Notes under the pieces: model-generated
The model's input: the letters and a program-made list of their open reading frames with translations, nothing else
Database searches by the model: none
Told to the model about the DNA's origin: nothing
Source of the DNA: Hyaloraphidium curvatum SAG 235-1
Lineage: Eukaryota; Fungi; Monoblepharomycota
NCBI GenBank assembly: GCA_025558095.1
Contig: JAIVFI010000037.1
Coordinates: forward strand, 124,001-188,000
Direction of reading: 5' to 3'
Length of the DNA stretch: 64,000 nt
Shown here: positions 22,084-33,900 of the stretch, in pieces
How positions within the stretch are numbered: the first letter of the stretch is position 1
How the letters are laid out: every line of letters starts with the position of its first letter
Position numbers and translations under genes: made by a program

Positions 22084-22370
22084 AGAGATCGGGAACAGCT
22101 CCGGTTGAAGCGAAGCTCGGCGGGGCCGGCGGGATTGGCGGTGCCTCCTTCCTAGTAAATGCGAATGCCGCCGGATCGCCCTTCGTCGCCATTCGAGGCT
22201 CGGCATAGGAGGTGTCTTGGGTGCCATGGCGGTTTACCGCGTTCCCGCAGGCCGAAATTGTTCGGGCTAGCCACCCCGATGCCCCCCGCCGATCGTGCGG
22301 AGTTATTGCGGTGGCGTCATCGGGCGGCGGCACTTTCCGTCTCCCGTTTCCAAATCACGCCCCGGCTCGC

Positions 22371-22378
22371 ATATAAAG
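22371..22378 (+). promoter_or_regulatory. Putative TATA box
   Basis: ATATAAAG in a GC-rich context about 45 nt upstream of the ATG at 22419. Confidence 0.45.
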
Positions 22379-22418
22379 CCGCGCCATCCGCCGCGCGCTC
22401 CAGAGCGCAACCGGAAGC

Positions 22419-23498
22419 ATGTCGCTCGCAACCGAAGATGGCGTCTACGCGGGCCCGCGCAGCATCGTCGGCGCCCTGAAGTTCATCGACTTGTCCACAG
22501 TCCAGGGCGACCGCCCGCGGACGTGGTCGGGGACCTACAACGCCCGCCGAACTACGAGCGCGCAGAGTACTCCGAGCCCGTGATCGACCTGCGCTCCGTC
22601 GACGCAACGGAGTTCACCCTGGACGTCAACGGATTCAAGGTCATCAATGAGCCGACGGCGATGGCGCCGGATGACTTCTACGACGAGGAGAAACTCAAGA
22701 CGGTGTACCACCCTGAGGTCGAGAGGCTTATCAAGAAGCACACGGGGGCGACGAGGACGCTCGGTAGGCATCGCGCGCCACCCGCTGTTGGCCCGTAGTA
22801 CAACGTCTCCGCCCGTCCCAGTATTCGACACCATCGTCCGCTCGCCAAGGACAAACATCCCGCCGGGCGACGCCATACACAGCGACTGTATGCCTGCTCG
22901 CTATCGCGATGTTCGTGCGAACTCCGTCCGCTGACGCTTTCTCGCGCAGACACCCGCAAGTCCGGATACGCTCGTGCGCGCGACCATCTCTCCCCCGAGG
23001 AAGCCGACCGCCTGACCAAAGGACGCTTCGTCATCATCAACCTTTGGCGTCCCATCAGAGTAGGCAGATCGAGACTTGAATTCCCGGGTGATCTCACCGC
23101 TTCCACCGCATGCAGACGGTCGTCTCCTACCCGCTCTGCCTCGCCGACGCAACCACTGCACCGTACGAAGACCTCATTACCCAGGACTTGGTTTACCCGC
23201 ACCGCGTGGGTGAGACGGGCGTTTTCGCCCACAAGCCCGGGCGGAAGTTCTACTACACATCGAACCAGCGCATCGACGAGGCCTACGTCCTCAAGACGTT
23301 CGAAAGCGATCCGTCCAGGGCAGGGTGAGTGTGCAGTACCGCGTCCGCGGTGGCCGCGTGCTGATGTACCCAAAGTTCGCACCGCACGGGGCGTTCAGGG
23401 ATCCGCAGGCGCCGGAGGATGCGCCGCCGAGGGAGAGCTTGGAAGTCAGGGTGCTCGTGTTCTTCGAAGATGATGCCGCAAACGGCGTGAAGTTGTAG
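22419..23498 (+). CDS. AsaB/CmcJ/NvfI-family Fe(II)/2OG oxidoreductase; apparent 1-nt frameshift near 22542
   Basis: FTLDVNGF, YHPEVERLIK, HSD, INLWRPI, PLCLADA, APHGAF, PPRESLEVRVLVF; four introns. The N-terminal frame MSLATEDG..LKFID is out of phase with PPNYE. Confidence 0.85.
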
Positions 23499-23590
23499 AG
23501 TGGCAAACGTTGTGCGAGTGTTGCTGTGATATAGAATGTGTGAGCATTCTGTCGCCCATGCTGGGACAGGTTCTTCAAGAGATTGGCGGA

Positions 23591-23672
23591 CACCTTTTGC
23601 CTGGAACAAACGCTCGATCGAGTCAATACATAGCAGCATTCCAATGAATAAGCAATTGGCACCGGAGTTGGG
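23591..23672 (+). repeat. Direct repeat, copy 2 (partner at 22010..22083)
   Basis: As copy 1; this copy has a small central insertion. Confidence 0.85.
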
Positions 23673-23689
23673 GAGCAGAGAGGATACAG

Positions 23690-25412
23690 CTACGCTTGCG
23701 GCTCGAGCTTGGCAAGAGCCGCCAGTGGGAAGACGCCCCGGACCTTCGTGGTCAGGTTCGTTCCCGTGGCCCAGCCGTCCGCGTAGACCTAAAGTTAACA
23801 AGGCGGGTCAACAGGCAAGTCATGACATCCGGAAAACAACACCAACCTCTTCGACCATCACGAGGTTGGACTCGCTAAGGACAATCTCGTCCTCGTTCGT
23901 CGGCACGAAGGTGCGAATGCAAACGTACTTGCCCGTCGCTCCTCGAGAGGCTGTCGAGGCGGAAGCGGAATTCGCCGCCACCGTCCCCGCTGCGGCGGCG
24001 CCGGCGACGCCGGCGGCCCCCGCGAGCGCACCGCCAGCGATTGAGTCCATGGCGATCGTGTAGCCGGGGTAGCCTGCCGCCGTAGGAGAGTCCGGACCCG
24101 ACGGCTGCAGGGTGTAGTTGGCAAGCGGGCTGGCAGCCGCGCCCGGGTCGTTGAAGGAAAGCTCGGCGGGGGGCACGTATGGCGGTGGCTCCTTGCCAGC
24201 AAACGCGAATGTCGCCGAATCGCCCTTGGCCGTCATCTGGGGCTCGGCAAAAGAGACATCCTTGGGTGTCTCGGCGGCGGCGGTGGCGGCGGGTTGGTTG
24301 CGCTTCCGCGTAAAGTACCAGGCGAGCAGGCCCAGGGCAACAAGCAGCGCGAGAACACCAATGACGATCCCGACGATGGCGCCGACGGAGAGACCGCCGC
24401 TGGAAGTCGACCCGTTGGAAGGCACGCAGGAGGTGCCGTCGTAGACAAAGCCGTCCAAGCAGGTGCAGGTAGCCGAGCTGGAGAGCGTAGCGTTGGAGCC
24501 GCCGCAGTGGAGCATGGCGAAGGACTGCATGCGCTGCCTGTTGGCCCGCCAGCCGGTTTGGGCGGTGAAGCCGACGTAGACTTGCGGCGCGCTCCGAAAC
24601 AGGCCAGGGATGTCGAGGTTCGGGCAGGTGAAGTTGACCGTCATCTGGCTCGTGCCCGCTAGCGCTCCGGCATCCGACTGGCCCGGAGGCACGACGTTCG
24701 AGGCATTGACGAACGCGGGCGCTCCGCCACCGGGGTAAAGGAACGTCACGGTCCACTTCCTAAAGTCGCGGAGAGCATACGGTGTCGGCAGCTGGACGTC
24801 GCATTTCACATCTCCCGGCCACATGAACTTGCGGTTGGTGAAGACGGCGATGAAGTTGTTCGGAGGCTCAGCGAGGTCGTCCTCGACACCGACGTTGTTG
24901 GACCAGGAGTCGGCGTGGAGGTGGAAGGTGGGCTCGTTCGAAAGCGGCCTGGGCCGGTCGTAGATCATGTCGGGTCGTCCGTCCGGGAGCTGTGCGGGGG
25001 CCGAGGACCGGATGATGAAGCCCACGCCGTCTGCGCCCGAATAGTTATAGTTGTCGATTGGGGCGCCTTGGGGGAAGGTCTGGATCGGCTCGTCGAGCGT
25101 GAACGAGAAGGTGACGGAGAACGACGAGAGCAGGGACGAGGAAATGGGGGAGTTGAAGTATCCCGCGCCCTCCTGACTGTGGTCCGACGGCGTGAGCTGT
25201 AGATCCCCGCTTTGGAAGGTCGCGTTCCCGCTGCGCGTCCAGTAGGCGGTGCCGAACGCCTGCGACGTGCCCGATACGATCCTCTGGGGCACGGTGTGAG
25301 ATGCCGCAGACGGCGGCCGGGAACGCGGCACCTTCGCGGGGAACGAGTTCTGCGCCATTGCACCCACTACGCCGACAACAAGCAGGCACGCAGTAACAAC
25401 GGCGTCGCGCAT
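23690..25412 (-). CDS. Single-pass receptor-like protein: signal peptide, legume (L-type) lectin, EGF-like module, TM helix, cytoplasmic SH3
   Basis: LQLT..QEGAGYF, FSVTFSF, GADGVGFII, VYVGFTAQTG; CTCLDGFVYDGTSC; GAIVGIVIGVLALLVALGLLAWYF; SH3 YVCIRTFVPTNEDEIVL..|VYADGWATGTN..GVFP. Confidence 0.85.
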
Positions 25413-25770
25413 CGCGACGGGCGGCGGATCCCGATGGGCGCGGGCCGAGGGGACGAAGTGGGGCACAGCAACCAGTCGATCCGACCCTTCGTTTCCGATC
25501 ACCCCGCACGCCAAGCCACCTGAACGCAACGTTCGGAACTTAGACTGAATCGCACCTCGGAGACAATCAACGGGTATTGGAAAACATTGTTCGATCCGGG
25601 CTCCAGTGTTCCTGAGTTTGGACGGCATGAAGTTGGAATGGAACGGATCGTCCGATGCCGCAGCAGCCGCAAACCGTACCTGGGCGAGTTACTCAACGAA
25701 ACACACCTGATATTATAGCTCTGGTGTAGCTCGTGCCTCGTGATAAAGGGTGGAACGGGCAGGTGCCGCG

Positions 25771-27107
25771 ATGGCTGGGACCAGCATCCCCCTCCAGTTC
25801 CTTTTCGTTTCCCACAAAGATGGCCTATCCGCGGGCAAGGAGCCCAAAGGAGATGCCGCCCTTCCTCCCGGCGCCGAAAAGAACATCGACCCCGCCGATG
25901 CGGACTTCATCGAGCGATTCGACTCCAAAACCTCGTCGCTTGCCGCCGAAGTGGACATCGCGTTGGCTGCGCTCGAATCCGTCCTCCGCCGCCCTTCTCC
26001 CGCCGCCTCGGACGTCCAGCTGGCCATTGACGCTTACGTGGGGGCTTGGGATTGCCTGGACCCGCTTTTGCGGGCGAATCTTCGCCTCAGGTTCGTGCCG
26101 TCGGATTCCCGTCGCGACGCGCTTCCCGACCTGCTCGCGGACCACCGGGAACTCGGCGACGTTACATCATGTGCTTCGGCGACGGCTCAGCTGCGTACTA
26201 GGCGCTTGCAAGCCGCCTGTTCCGCCCACTCTACGGGCTGATCAGGAGGCAGGTTTTTCTCCACCTCGAACCTGGACTGCATCGCTTTTACGGGTTCATG
26301 GACACGGACAATGGCCGCAGGGGCGTGCTAGTCGGCATGGCGCCACGGCTGCACCAGGCCAAGGTGCGGGAACGCGTCTTGTCCTTGGTCAACAGCCCGG
26401 TGTACCGACGACTCGTGTTTGGTACCAGCGTGATGTCCAGCCTTGTGTGGGCATCGAGGACCAACCGCAAGAGGTTCCTCGAAGACGTGGATCTGCATGA
26501 CGCCCTCATTGCGTTTGTGATGGACTTCGTTGCTGCGGACCGCGTCACGGACGACATGGCAAAGAACCCCAAGCGTTTGGCATACGAAATCCAGGCGGCC
26601 ACGCTCTTGCTCGACTTTGTGGTTGCCGAACGCCCGCAGCAGTGGGTGGAGCGCGCGGCTGACCCCGCCCGTGCCCGGCTGGGGCTGCCGGTGATCTATT
26701 CCAAGGGCTATCGGCCCGGGGCCGTCGGAGGCTTTGACAGAGACTCCCTCATGAGCACGCTCTCTGAGCTTATGATGTGGCTGACCGGCCTCACGCGCAC
26801 GGACACCCATTTGCACCAGCTGACCGAGCCAATCCAGCACTTGGCCACAGCGTCCTTCACTTTGCTGCAATCGGCGTTCGTGCCCGTCGCCATGCCGGAG
26901 ATGCCCGGCATCATGGATGAATATCGGAAGGATGTGAAGGCTTACGGCAAGGTCGCACCCAGCTTCTGCGACCTGTGCGGACAGGCTCCCGCGGAAGGCG
27001 CGAAGCTGAAGAAGTGCTCGAGGTGCGGGATCGCTTGGTACTGCTCGGCCGAGTGCCAGAGGGAAGACTGGAAGGCGCACAAGCCCGCGTGCTCCGGCAA
27101 GAAGTGA
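25771..27107 (+). CDS. C-terminal MYND zinc-finger protein with one apparent frameshift near 26195; paralog of 37112..38445
   Basis: CDLC..LKKCSRCGIAWYCSAECQREDWKAHKPAC. The second frame ASRLFRPLYGLIRRQVFLHLEP aligns with the paralog's LSRIFSSVYGVLRRVLFLHLEP, so the frame change is unlikely to be an intron. Confidence 0.75.
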
Positions 27108-27264
27108 AGATTGCGGTAGTCACAGCTGGTATATGTTGGCTATGTGCACTATTTGGATAAGCGACACAGGTGACACAGGTTCGATCAGGTCGCAGATTCG
27201 CCCATGTTGCTCACTCCCCCATTGATTCCAACCAATATGATACTACCCGCGGCTCTCCGCCCCT

Positions 27265-30200
27265 TCAGTCGTACCTGACGAACTGCAGGGTGCGCGAGAC
27301 AAAGTCGCGGCGGTCCGTGTTGGGCGCCCAGTTGTCGCCGTAGTAGAGGCGGCACCACTGCGCGCCCCAGAGGCTCCCGCCGGTCGCGCAGACAACTGTC
27401 GGGTACCACGCGCGGCTGTTGTTGATGCTGGTGGCCAGCAGCCTGGGCGATTCCCAGTTGAGCCCGTCGTCCGAAGCCGAGATGTAGAGGCGGAAGTTCC
27501 AGCCGTGCCAGACCATGACCCATTTGTTCAGGTAGGTGTTGAAGTGCACGTGCGGGTTGGCACCGGGTGCGAGGGCGAGGCCTGTGATCCGGTCCCTGCG
27601 CAGGAATACGAGTCAGCACATGCATCCCATCGCACAAGAAGCCAGTTCGGCAACACCCACCAGTTGAAGCTCCCGTCCGCGTTCACCGTACCCCCGACCG
27701 GGAACCCCCTGCCGCCCAGCCCAGGCACGTTGAAGCCGACGTTGGGCCCGCCCCACTTCCTCCAGGTGCCGGGCCTCCCCTCCGGGTCCGAGCTCACGGC
27801 CATCGAGAGCCAGTACTCCCCGCCGTACCAGAGCTTCCACCGGCGTTCCCACCAGTCCCACGCCACACCGAAATCGCCGTTGCCTCCCCAGCGCGGCGCC
27901 GAGTCCGGCGGGCGGGGATCGGCGGCGGTGATGATCTGCCCGGCGTCGGTCCAGGTGATGCCCTCGTCGTACGAGTAGGCCACGCCGATGGACTTCCAGC
28001 ACTCGCAGGCGGGGCACGTGCGGGGCCAGTAGTTGTCCTGGGCGTGGTAGAAGCCGACCAATGTGGTGGGGTTGGTGGGGACGCGCTGCACGTGCATGAG
28101 CCTGGGAACGGGAAGGTGAGGACTCGGAAGGAAGGAGGCGGACGGTGACGGCTCACCATTTCCCGCCGTTGTCGTACCGCCATCCGTCGAACCGACCGCC
28201 AAAGTTGGCTCGCCGCGGGTTGAGCGTCCACTGGTTCTCTACATACGGGCCCGTGCCTATGGATCGGTGGTTCTCGGACTCGGTCCAGAAGAAGATCTGG
28301 GGCCACGATTTGACGTCAGCAAACTCAACCGCCGACCTTCGGATCCGCCCGAGCTCACCCAATGTAACCCGTCCCTGCTCCTGATGCTCGGCAGCACGCT
28401 GTCCGGCGTGACGTGGAAGAAGTTGCTGTACCTCCTGTCGACGTTGTTTGGCGCCAGCCCGTACGGCCCCAGGACAAAGTTCCAGTTCCTCGACGGCCTC
28501 ACCCCCGGCCTCGCTGGTCCCAGCGCCGGCATCACCGCCTGCGCGCACCCCGCCGGCGCGGTCTTGGCGATGACCTGCAGCCACGCATCGCGGCACCACC
28601 CCGGGGCGTGGTACTCGGCGCAGACCTGCCCGTTGGCGTTCCAGGTGTGCGGCGGGGCAGACATGCCGGAGCAGCCGGTGCCGGGGAAGGTGGTGCAGCC
28701 GCCCGGGGAGGAGGAGGCGCACTGGATGTTGCCGTCCTCGAGGGCGTGCACAAGCATGGACGAGCCGGGGTTGTCGCACGGCGTGATGCATTGCCATTCG
28801 CCGGGGGCGGTGCAGGTGGGAGCCGAGAGGCCGCGGGTGAGGACCTCCCGTCCGTCTGCCGGGAACATGGCGGATCAGTGTCGAGGCACGGTCGACAAGG
28901 CGAGCGATCCCACCGTAGCACCAGTTGCCGACCACGTATCCCGCGCACCCGAAACCCCCCGTTGATTCCGCGGCCGACGGCGCTATGTTCCCCGCGCACG
29001 TCGCCCCTTGGTACCATCTGCAGTTCCCCCCCGTCCCCGCGCACCGCACGTTTCCGTCGGCCCCCTGGGTGACGAAGATGGAGGTGGACTGCGAGTATGC
29101 GCAGGGCGCGATGCAGCGCCAGTTGGAGTTGGCGGCCGGGGCTTGGCAGGTGGGGGCGGGCAGGTTGGCGGTGAGGATCTGGCGGGCGTCGAAGCACCTG
29201 TCAAGCAGAGAATGCGGTCAGAGCCGGCAGTGCGTCCCGCGAGCCATGAACGCACCAGGTTCCAAATGCAAAACTGAAGCAGCTTGCTCCGGACGCCGAC
29301 GTTGCCGGCGGCGCCGTCAGCCCCGCGCACCTGTTCCCCACGTACCAGTCGCACCTGTCCCCCGCCCGTCCCGCGCAGCTTATCGTTCCCGTGGCCGACA
29401 CGGTCACGAACACGGACCGGTTCCCGTTCAGGTAGCACGGGGCCAGGCACCGCCAGGTGCCGCCGCGCACGGCGCCGCAGGCGGGGGCCGCACGGCCGCC
29501 GATCACGACCTGATAGCCGTCGGTACACCATGTGCCGGGCACGTACGAGGCGCAGCGCATGCCGTTGGCCTGGATGGCGGGCGGGCCACGGCGGCCGCCG
29601 CAGTTGGTCGACTGCGGTGGGAGGGGTGCAGAGGTCAGCGAGAAGTCGTGGCACGCAAGGCGTAGACTTCCCACCTGATACCAAGTGCAGGCGCCGCCAT
29701 TGGGGCCCGCGCACTGCACGGTCCCGTTGGCGCCTCTCCTGACAAACAGGCTCGCAGTGTTGCGCCATGCGCACGGGGCGATGCAGCGCCACGGACCCGG
29801 GGCCACGGGCGCGCGGTTGGTGCCGATGGTGCAGATCGGCCGGGGCCTGCCCAGGACCAGAACCTGGCGGGCCCCGAGGCACCACGAATTCTGGTCGTAC
29901 CGCTGGCACGCCCCGGTCTGGTAGGAGTTGGGCGCCGGGGGCCTAGCACGGCCACCGCAGGTCGCGCCGTTGTAGCGCGAGCAGCGGCCGGTGCGGGCTG
30001 CGTCCCTGCCGCCGGCGCACCGCACCCCGCCGTTGGCGTCCTGGGCGACGAAGACGGAGCGCACGGTGCCGTTCTCGGGACACAGGGCCATGCATCGCCA
30101 TTGCAAAGGCAGCAGTGGTATGCCGTTGGGCGCGAGACCGCCGCCGCCGATGGTTGGGGCGGTGCCGTTGTTCCACACGGGCACCGATTCCTGGCGAGGG

Positions 30201-30486
30201 CAATCGGCGGGTGCAGAAGGGCGGCAGAGAAGCGATCGTCAGCGCCGGCAGCGTCCCGGGGAAGGGGGATGAAGTCAGCATTTCCGACTGCGGACGTCAG
30301 CGAGGGGCCGGGAGGGTGGGAGCCTCCCGAGCCCGTTCGGGCACTCACGGGCGGCAAGATCACCGGCGGGAACGACGTCGCCGCGGCGGGTGCGCAGATC
30401 GCGGCGAATGCGGCGGCGGCGAGCGATGCGGCGAGCAGGAAGCGGGCGGCGCGGCCGGTTATGGAGGGCTGCGCGGGCGCCCGCAT
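27265..30486 (-). CDS. Secreted protein with five Cys-rich repeats and a C-terminal Asp-box beta-propeller (glycoside hydrolase/sialidase-like)
   Basis: Signal peptide; 5 x W.C..(P)C...S.(F)V....G.V.CA....C..Y....C.G....C..Y....WC; SYDEGITW and SDDGLNW Asp-boxes; several introns. Confidence 0.75.
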
Positions 30487-30958
30487 CGCGGGATCGCGGG
30501 GCCCGGAGTTGGCGGGCATCTTCTCGGGCGGCTGCGGTAATTGCACGCTTCAGGCTCGCCGCATGACCCAGGTGGAGCGTCGGAAGCTGCGCACCCAGCG
30601 CGTTGCGCGCTGAACCAGCCGCCAGGTCCCCCGCCGCAGCGGCAATCCGCCGATCCCTTCCGTTTCCGTTATGGGCGATGCCGCCGCCACACACACCGAT
30701 ACGGATTCCGGTGGCAAGTGCCGGAGCGCATCGAGGGCGCCGTGTGCAGGGCTCGCGTACTCTGGACAGCGTTCGCCAAGGATTTCGCGCCAGGTGATTG
30801 CGGGGAGAACAGGGGGCTGCACAGCCCGATCCGATCCGGATTCTCATCTGCAGATCCTTTCGATTGATTGACCGAACAGATACATGTGACGTAAAGTCCT
30901 GTACAGATACGCGGATAAAGATAGACACAGATATCGGATGGCGGCCTCCAACCCCCGA

Positions 30959-33900
30959 TCACTTGAGGTATATCCTGAACGGCCTGTACTCCCCCGACTT
31001 GGACCCCAGGTAGTCCTCGATCCCCTGCAGACGCACACTCGTGAAAGACGGGGCCCCGTTGGCGCTCCTCACGTCCGGCCACAGCTCCACCGTCTTGCCG
31101 TGGGCCGCGCCGGGCAGGTCCGCGGTGGCGAAGGTGAACGAGAACCGGCCGTAGGTCTGTGTGCCCGGGAGAATCAGGGGCGGGGCTGTGGGGATGGTCT
31201 GGTTGTCGGCGTAGAGCGTGACGCTGACGAGCGGGTTCGCTTTGCCTGCGGGGAACAGGACGGGGGTGTGAGGACCACGCATGCAGGTGCCATGACGCCG
31301 CAAACCCACCATAGGCGGTGATCTCCGAGTCGCAGTACATCATGCCGACTAGCGTGATCGGGTCCGATGACAGCGGCAGCTCGAGCCCCTTGTTCTTGGG
31401 ATTGTGTACCACTGCCCGGCATGAGAACGAGTCAGCCCAAATCCTCGAGCCGCACCCGGGAACCCACAGAACATGGCGTTGTAGTACCACTCGAAGAGCC
31501 CCGGCCTGATCTCCTTCACCCACATATTGGGCCCGACCGCCTCCCCCCGCATCTTGTAGACCGGGTGGTACTTGCCCGCCGCGTCCAGCTGCCCGAACAC
31601 CGGCACCGGCGGCGTATACGGGACCGACGCCGCCGAGCGGGCGGGCGGGTAGTCCACCTCGATGTGGACGGCGCCGATGCGCAGTCGCGAGTCGGGCTCC
31701 ATGACGTTGAACTCGATCCGCGCGGCGCCGCCGCCGGCGGGGCCGGCGAGCTTCGAGACGAGGGCGGGATCGAGGGGCATGATGATTGCGCGGCCCGCCT
31801 CGAACGTGGTGATGGCTCCGATGGGCAAGTTGCCCTCGACGGGGATGGGGATGGGGCCGATGAGGGTGCCGTTGATGGAGACGGTGTTGAGGGGGCCGAA
31901 GGCGGTGGCCGGGTTGTACGTGGCAAAGACGGTGAAGTGGAGGCGGGCGGCGGAGATGCCGGTGAGGGGGTCGGGAAGCGAGAGGAACATGGGCTTGGTG
32001 TTGCCGGGGTACCATTTGCTGCAGAAGCGGCGAGTTAGTTTCTGTCGGCGAAGACGGCGAATCAGTCCCACCTGAACTCGGTGTAGAAGAGCCAGTCACC
32101 GCCCCAGATGTCGTACTCGAGTCGCGGCGTCACGGTCGGATAGTTGCGGGTGACGAATTGTGCCGGGGCCCCGTCGAAGCCAAAGTTCTGCGAGGAAGGG
32201 CGTCAGCACGGTGCTACGATGCGGAGCAGTTCCTCGAGGCCCACATCCCAGTGGATCTGCAGGAAAGAGAAGCATGACCATTAGCAGCGTCCCCTGCAAC
32301 AGCGCCAAGGGACCCACCGTCGCAAACGGCTCATCGGCGGCCACAGTATCGTAGCTGGGAGAACGCCTCAGCAAGAGCCGTGGAACGAACGGCAACGTGC
32401 TCACGAGTACTGTGTGAAGTGCAGAGTGCCCCTCTCGTACGGAAGCGCGATCGGCGTGTCGATCACCTTGACGCCCGACACCGTAACCTCGAGCCGCGAC
32501 TTGGATATCTTGACCACGAACGGCCGCCGCACGTTGCGGACCAGCGGCACCCCCAGCACGTCCATCTGCGCCGTCTGCACGACGCGCATGATGCCGTCTG
32601 CACCGAAGAAGAGGACGGCGAGGGCCTGGTCGTCGCCCATGTTGGAGCGGATGCGGAGCATGTTGGTCGGCGCCCCGGGGTTGTCGACGTCGGCGATGTG
32701 GATTTGGCCTGTGTTGCGGGTGAGAAGATGGCGAAGGATAGGTGAATGTGAAAACCAACCTTCAAAATCGATCCGCTCGCCGGCCATGAGGTCGAGATAC
32801 CAGTTGGTCTGGCTCACGGACGCATCTTGAATCGAGAGTTAGCGTGGAAAGACCTTTTTCAGAACGAAATGCCCACCAAAGTCGAAGACAACTGTCCCAG
32901 TGCGACCCGTAAAGTCGAAAGTGTTCCGCGGGCGCAGGACTGCGAGATTGACACCAGTCAGTGCACAGAGCCTTGCGGGACCGGTACGCGCTCACTGTTC
33001 AGTCCTTTCTCGCAGGTGATGGGGCTCGAGATGCTCTGGTGGGCGTGGAACTGGTCGTTGACGAACGCAAAGGTGTAGTTGACGTCGGAGCACAGTGAAG
33101 ACGCCTGGTTCCACTTGGTCTCCTGCAGAAGGTTGAAGGGCGAATTAGCTGGCGGCCGGCGAGAGAGGCACTGGGTGAACCGTACATCTAAGGGGCCCGC
33201 CGGAGTATTGAAGTCTGCGAAAGCAGGAAGTCAGAAGCAGCGACAACACGACTCCAAGTGTCGACTCGCCGTCGAAGAAGCCGGTCATGGCCTGCCGCAA
33301 GGCATCCACGCGCGAGCTGTCGTGCGAAAAGTAGACGGTGTTGCTCGGCCCCGTGATGGTGCCGTTGTTGGACGTCGCCTGCACGTAGGCCCAGTAGGTC
33401 ACCCCGGGGGTGAGCGGCTGGATCATGGTGATGGAAAAGGGCGTGTAGATCTTGTGCACGTCCGCCTCGCCCACGACGCCCCAGCTGACGACGTAGCCCG
33501 AGTGGTCGTAGAACTGGTATCGGTTGCGGAAGTCGTCCGCGAACACGGGCCTGCCCATGTCGAAGTTGTGGTACGGCGAGGGCTTGTCCCACTCGAGCGT
33601 CGCCACGCGGTCGTCGCCGATCGCGGCGAGGTTGCTGGGCGTGAGAACCCAGCCCCGCAGGGCTTGGTTGGGAGCCAAGTTCAGGAGGCTGCCCGTCCCG
33701 GTCGGTGCCGGAGGGGCCTGCGTCGTGACGATCTTCTTGGTCGTCGCCCGGACCAAGCGCGCGGTCGTTGCAGGTGCAGGGGCCGGTGGAGCTTTCGTGG
33801 TCTCGCGCCGTCGGGAGGTCGTTCGGACGATCTTGCGGGTGGTCTTCTAAAGCTGAAGTCAGAGAGAAAGAGGTCGAGGTGCATGGACCTCACCTTGCGA

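Noticed and set aside
22010-23672. Possible LTR element or transposon
   Set aside because: Repeats are short, lack TG...CA ends, and enclose no gag/pol/transposase.
26161-26253. Intron explaining the frame change in the MYND gene
   Set aside because: The segment aligns as protein with the paralog, so a frameshift is more likely.
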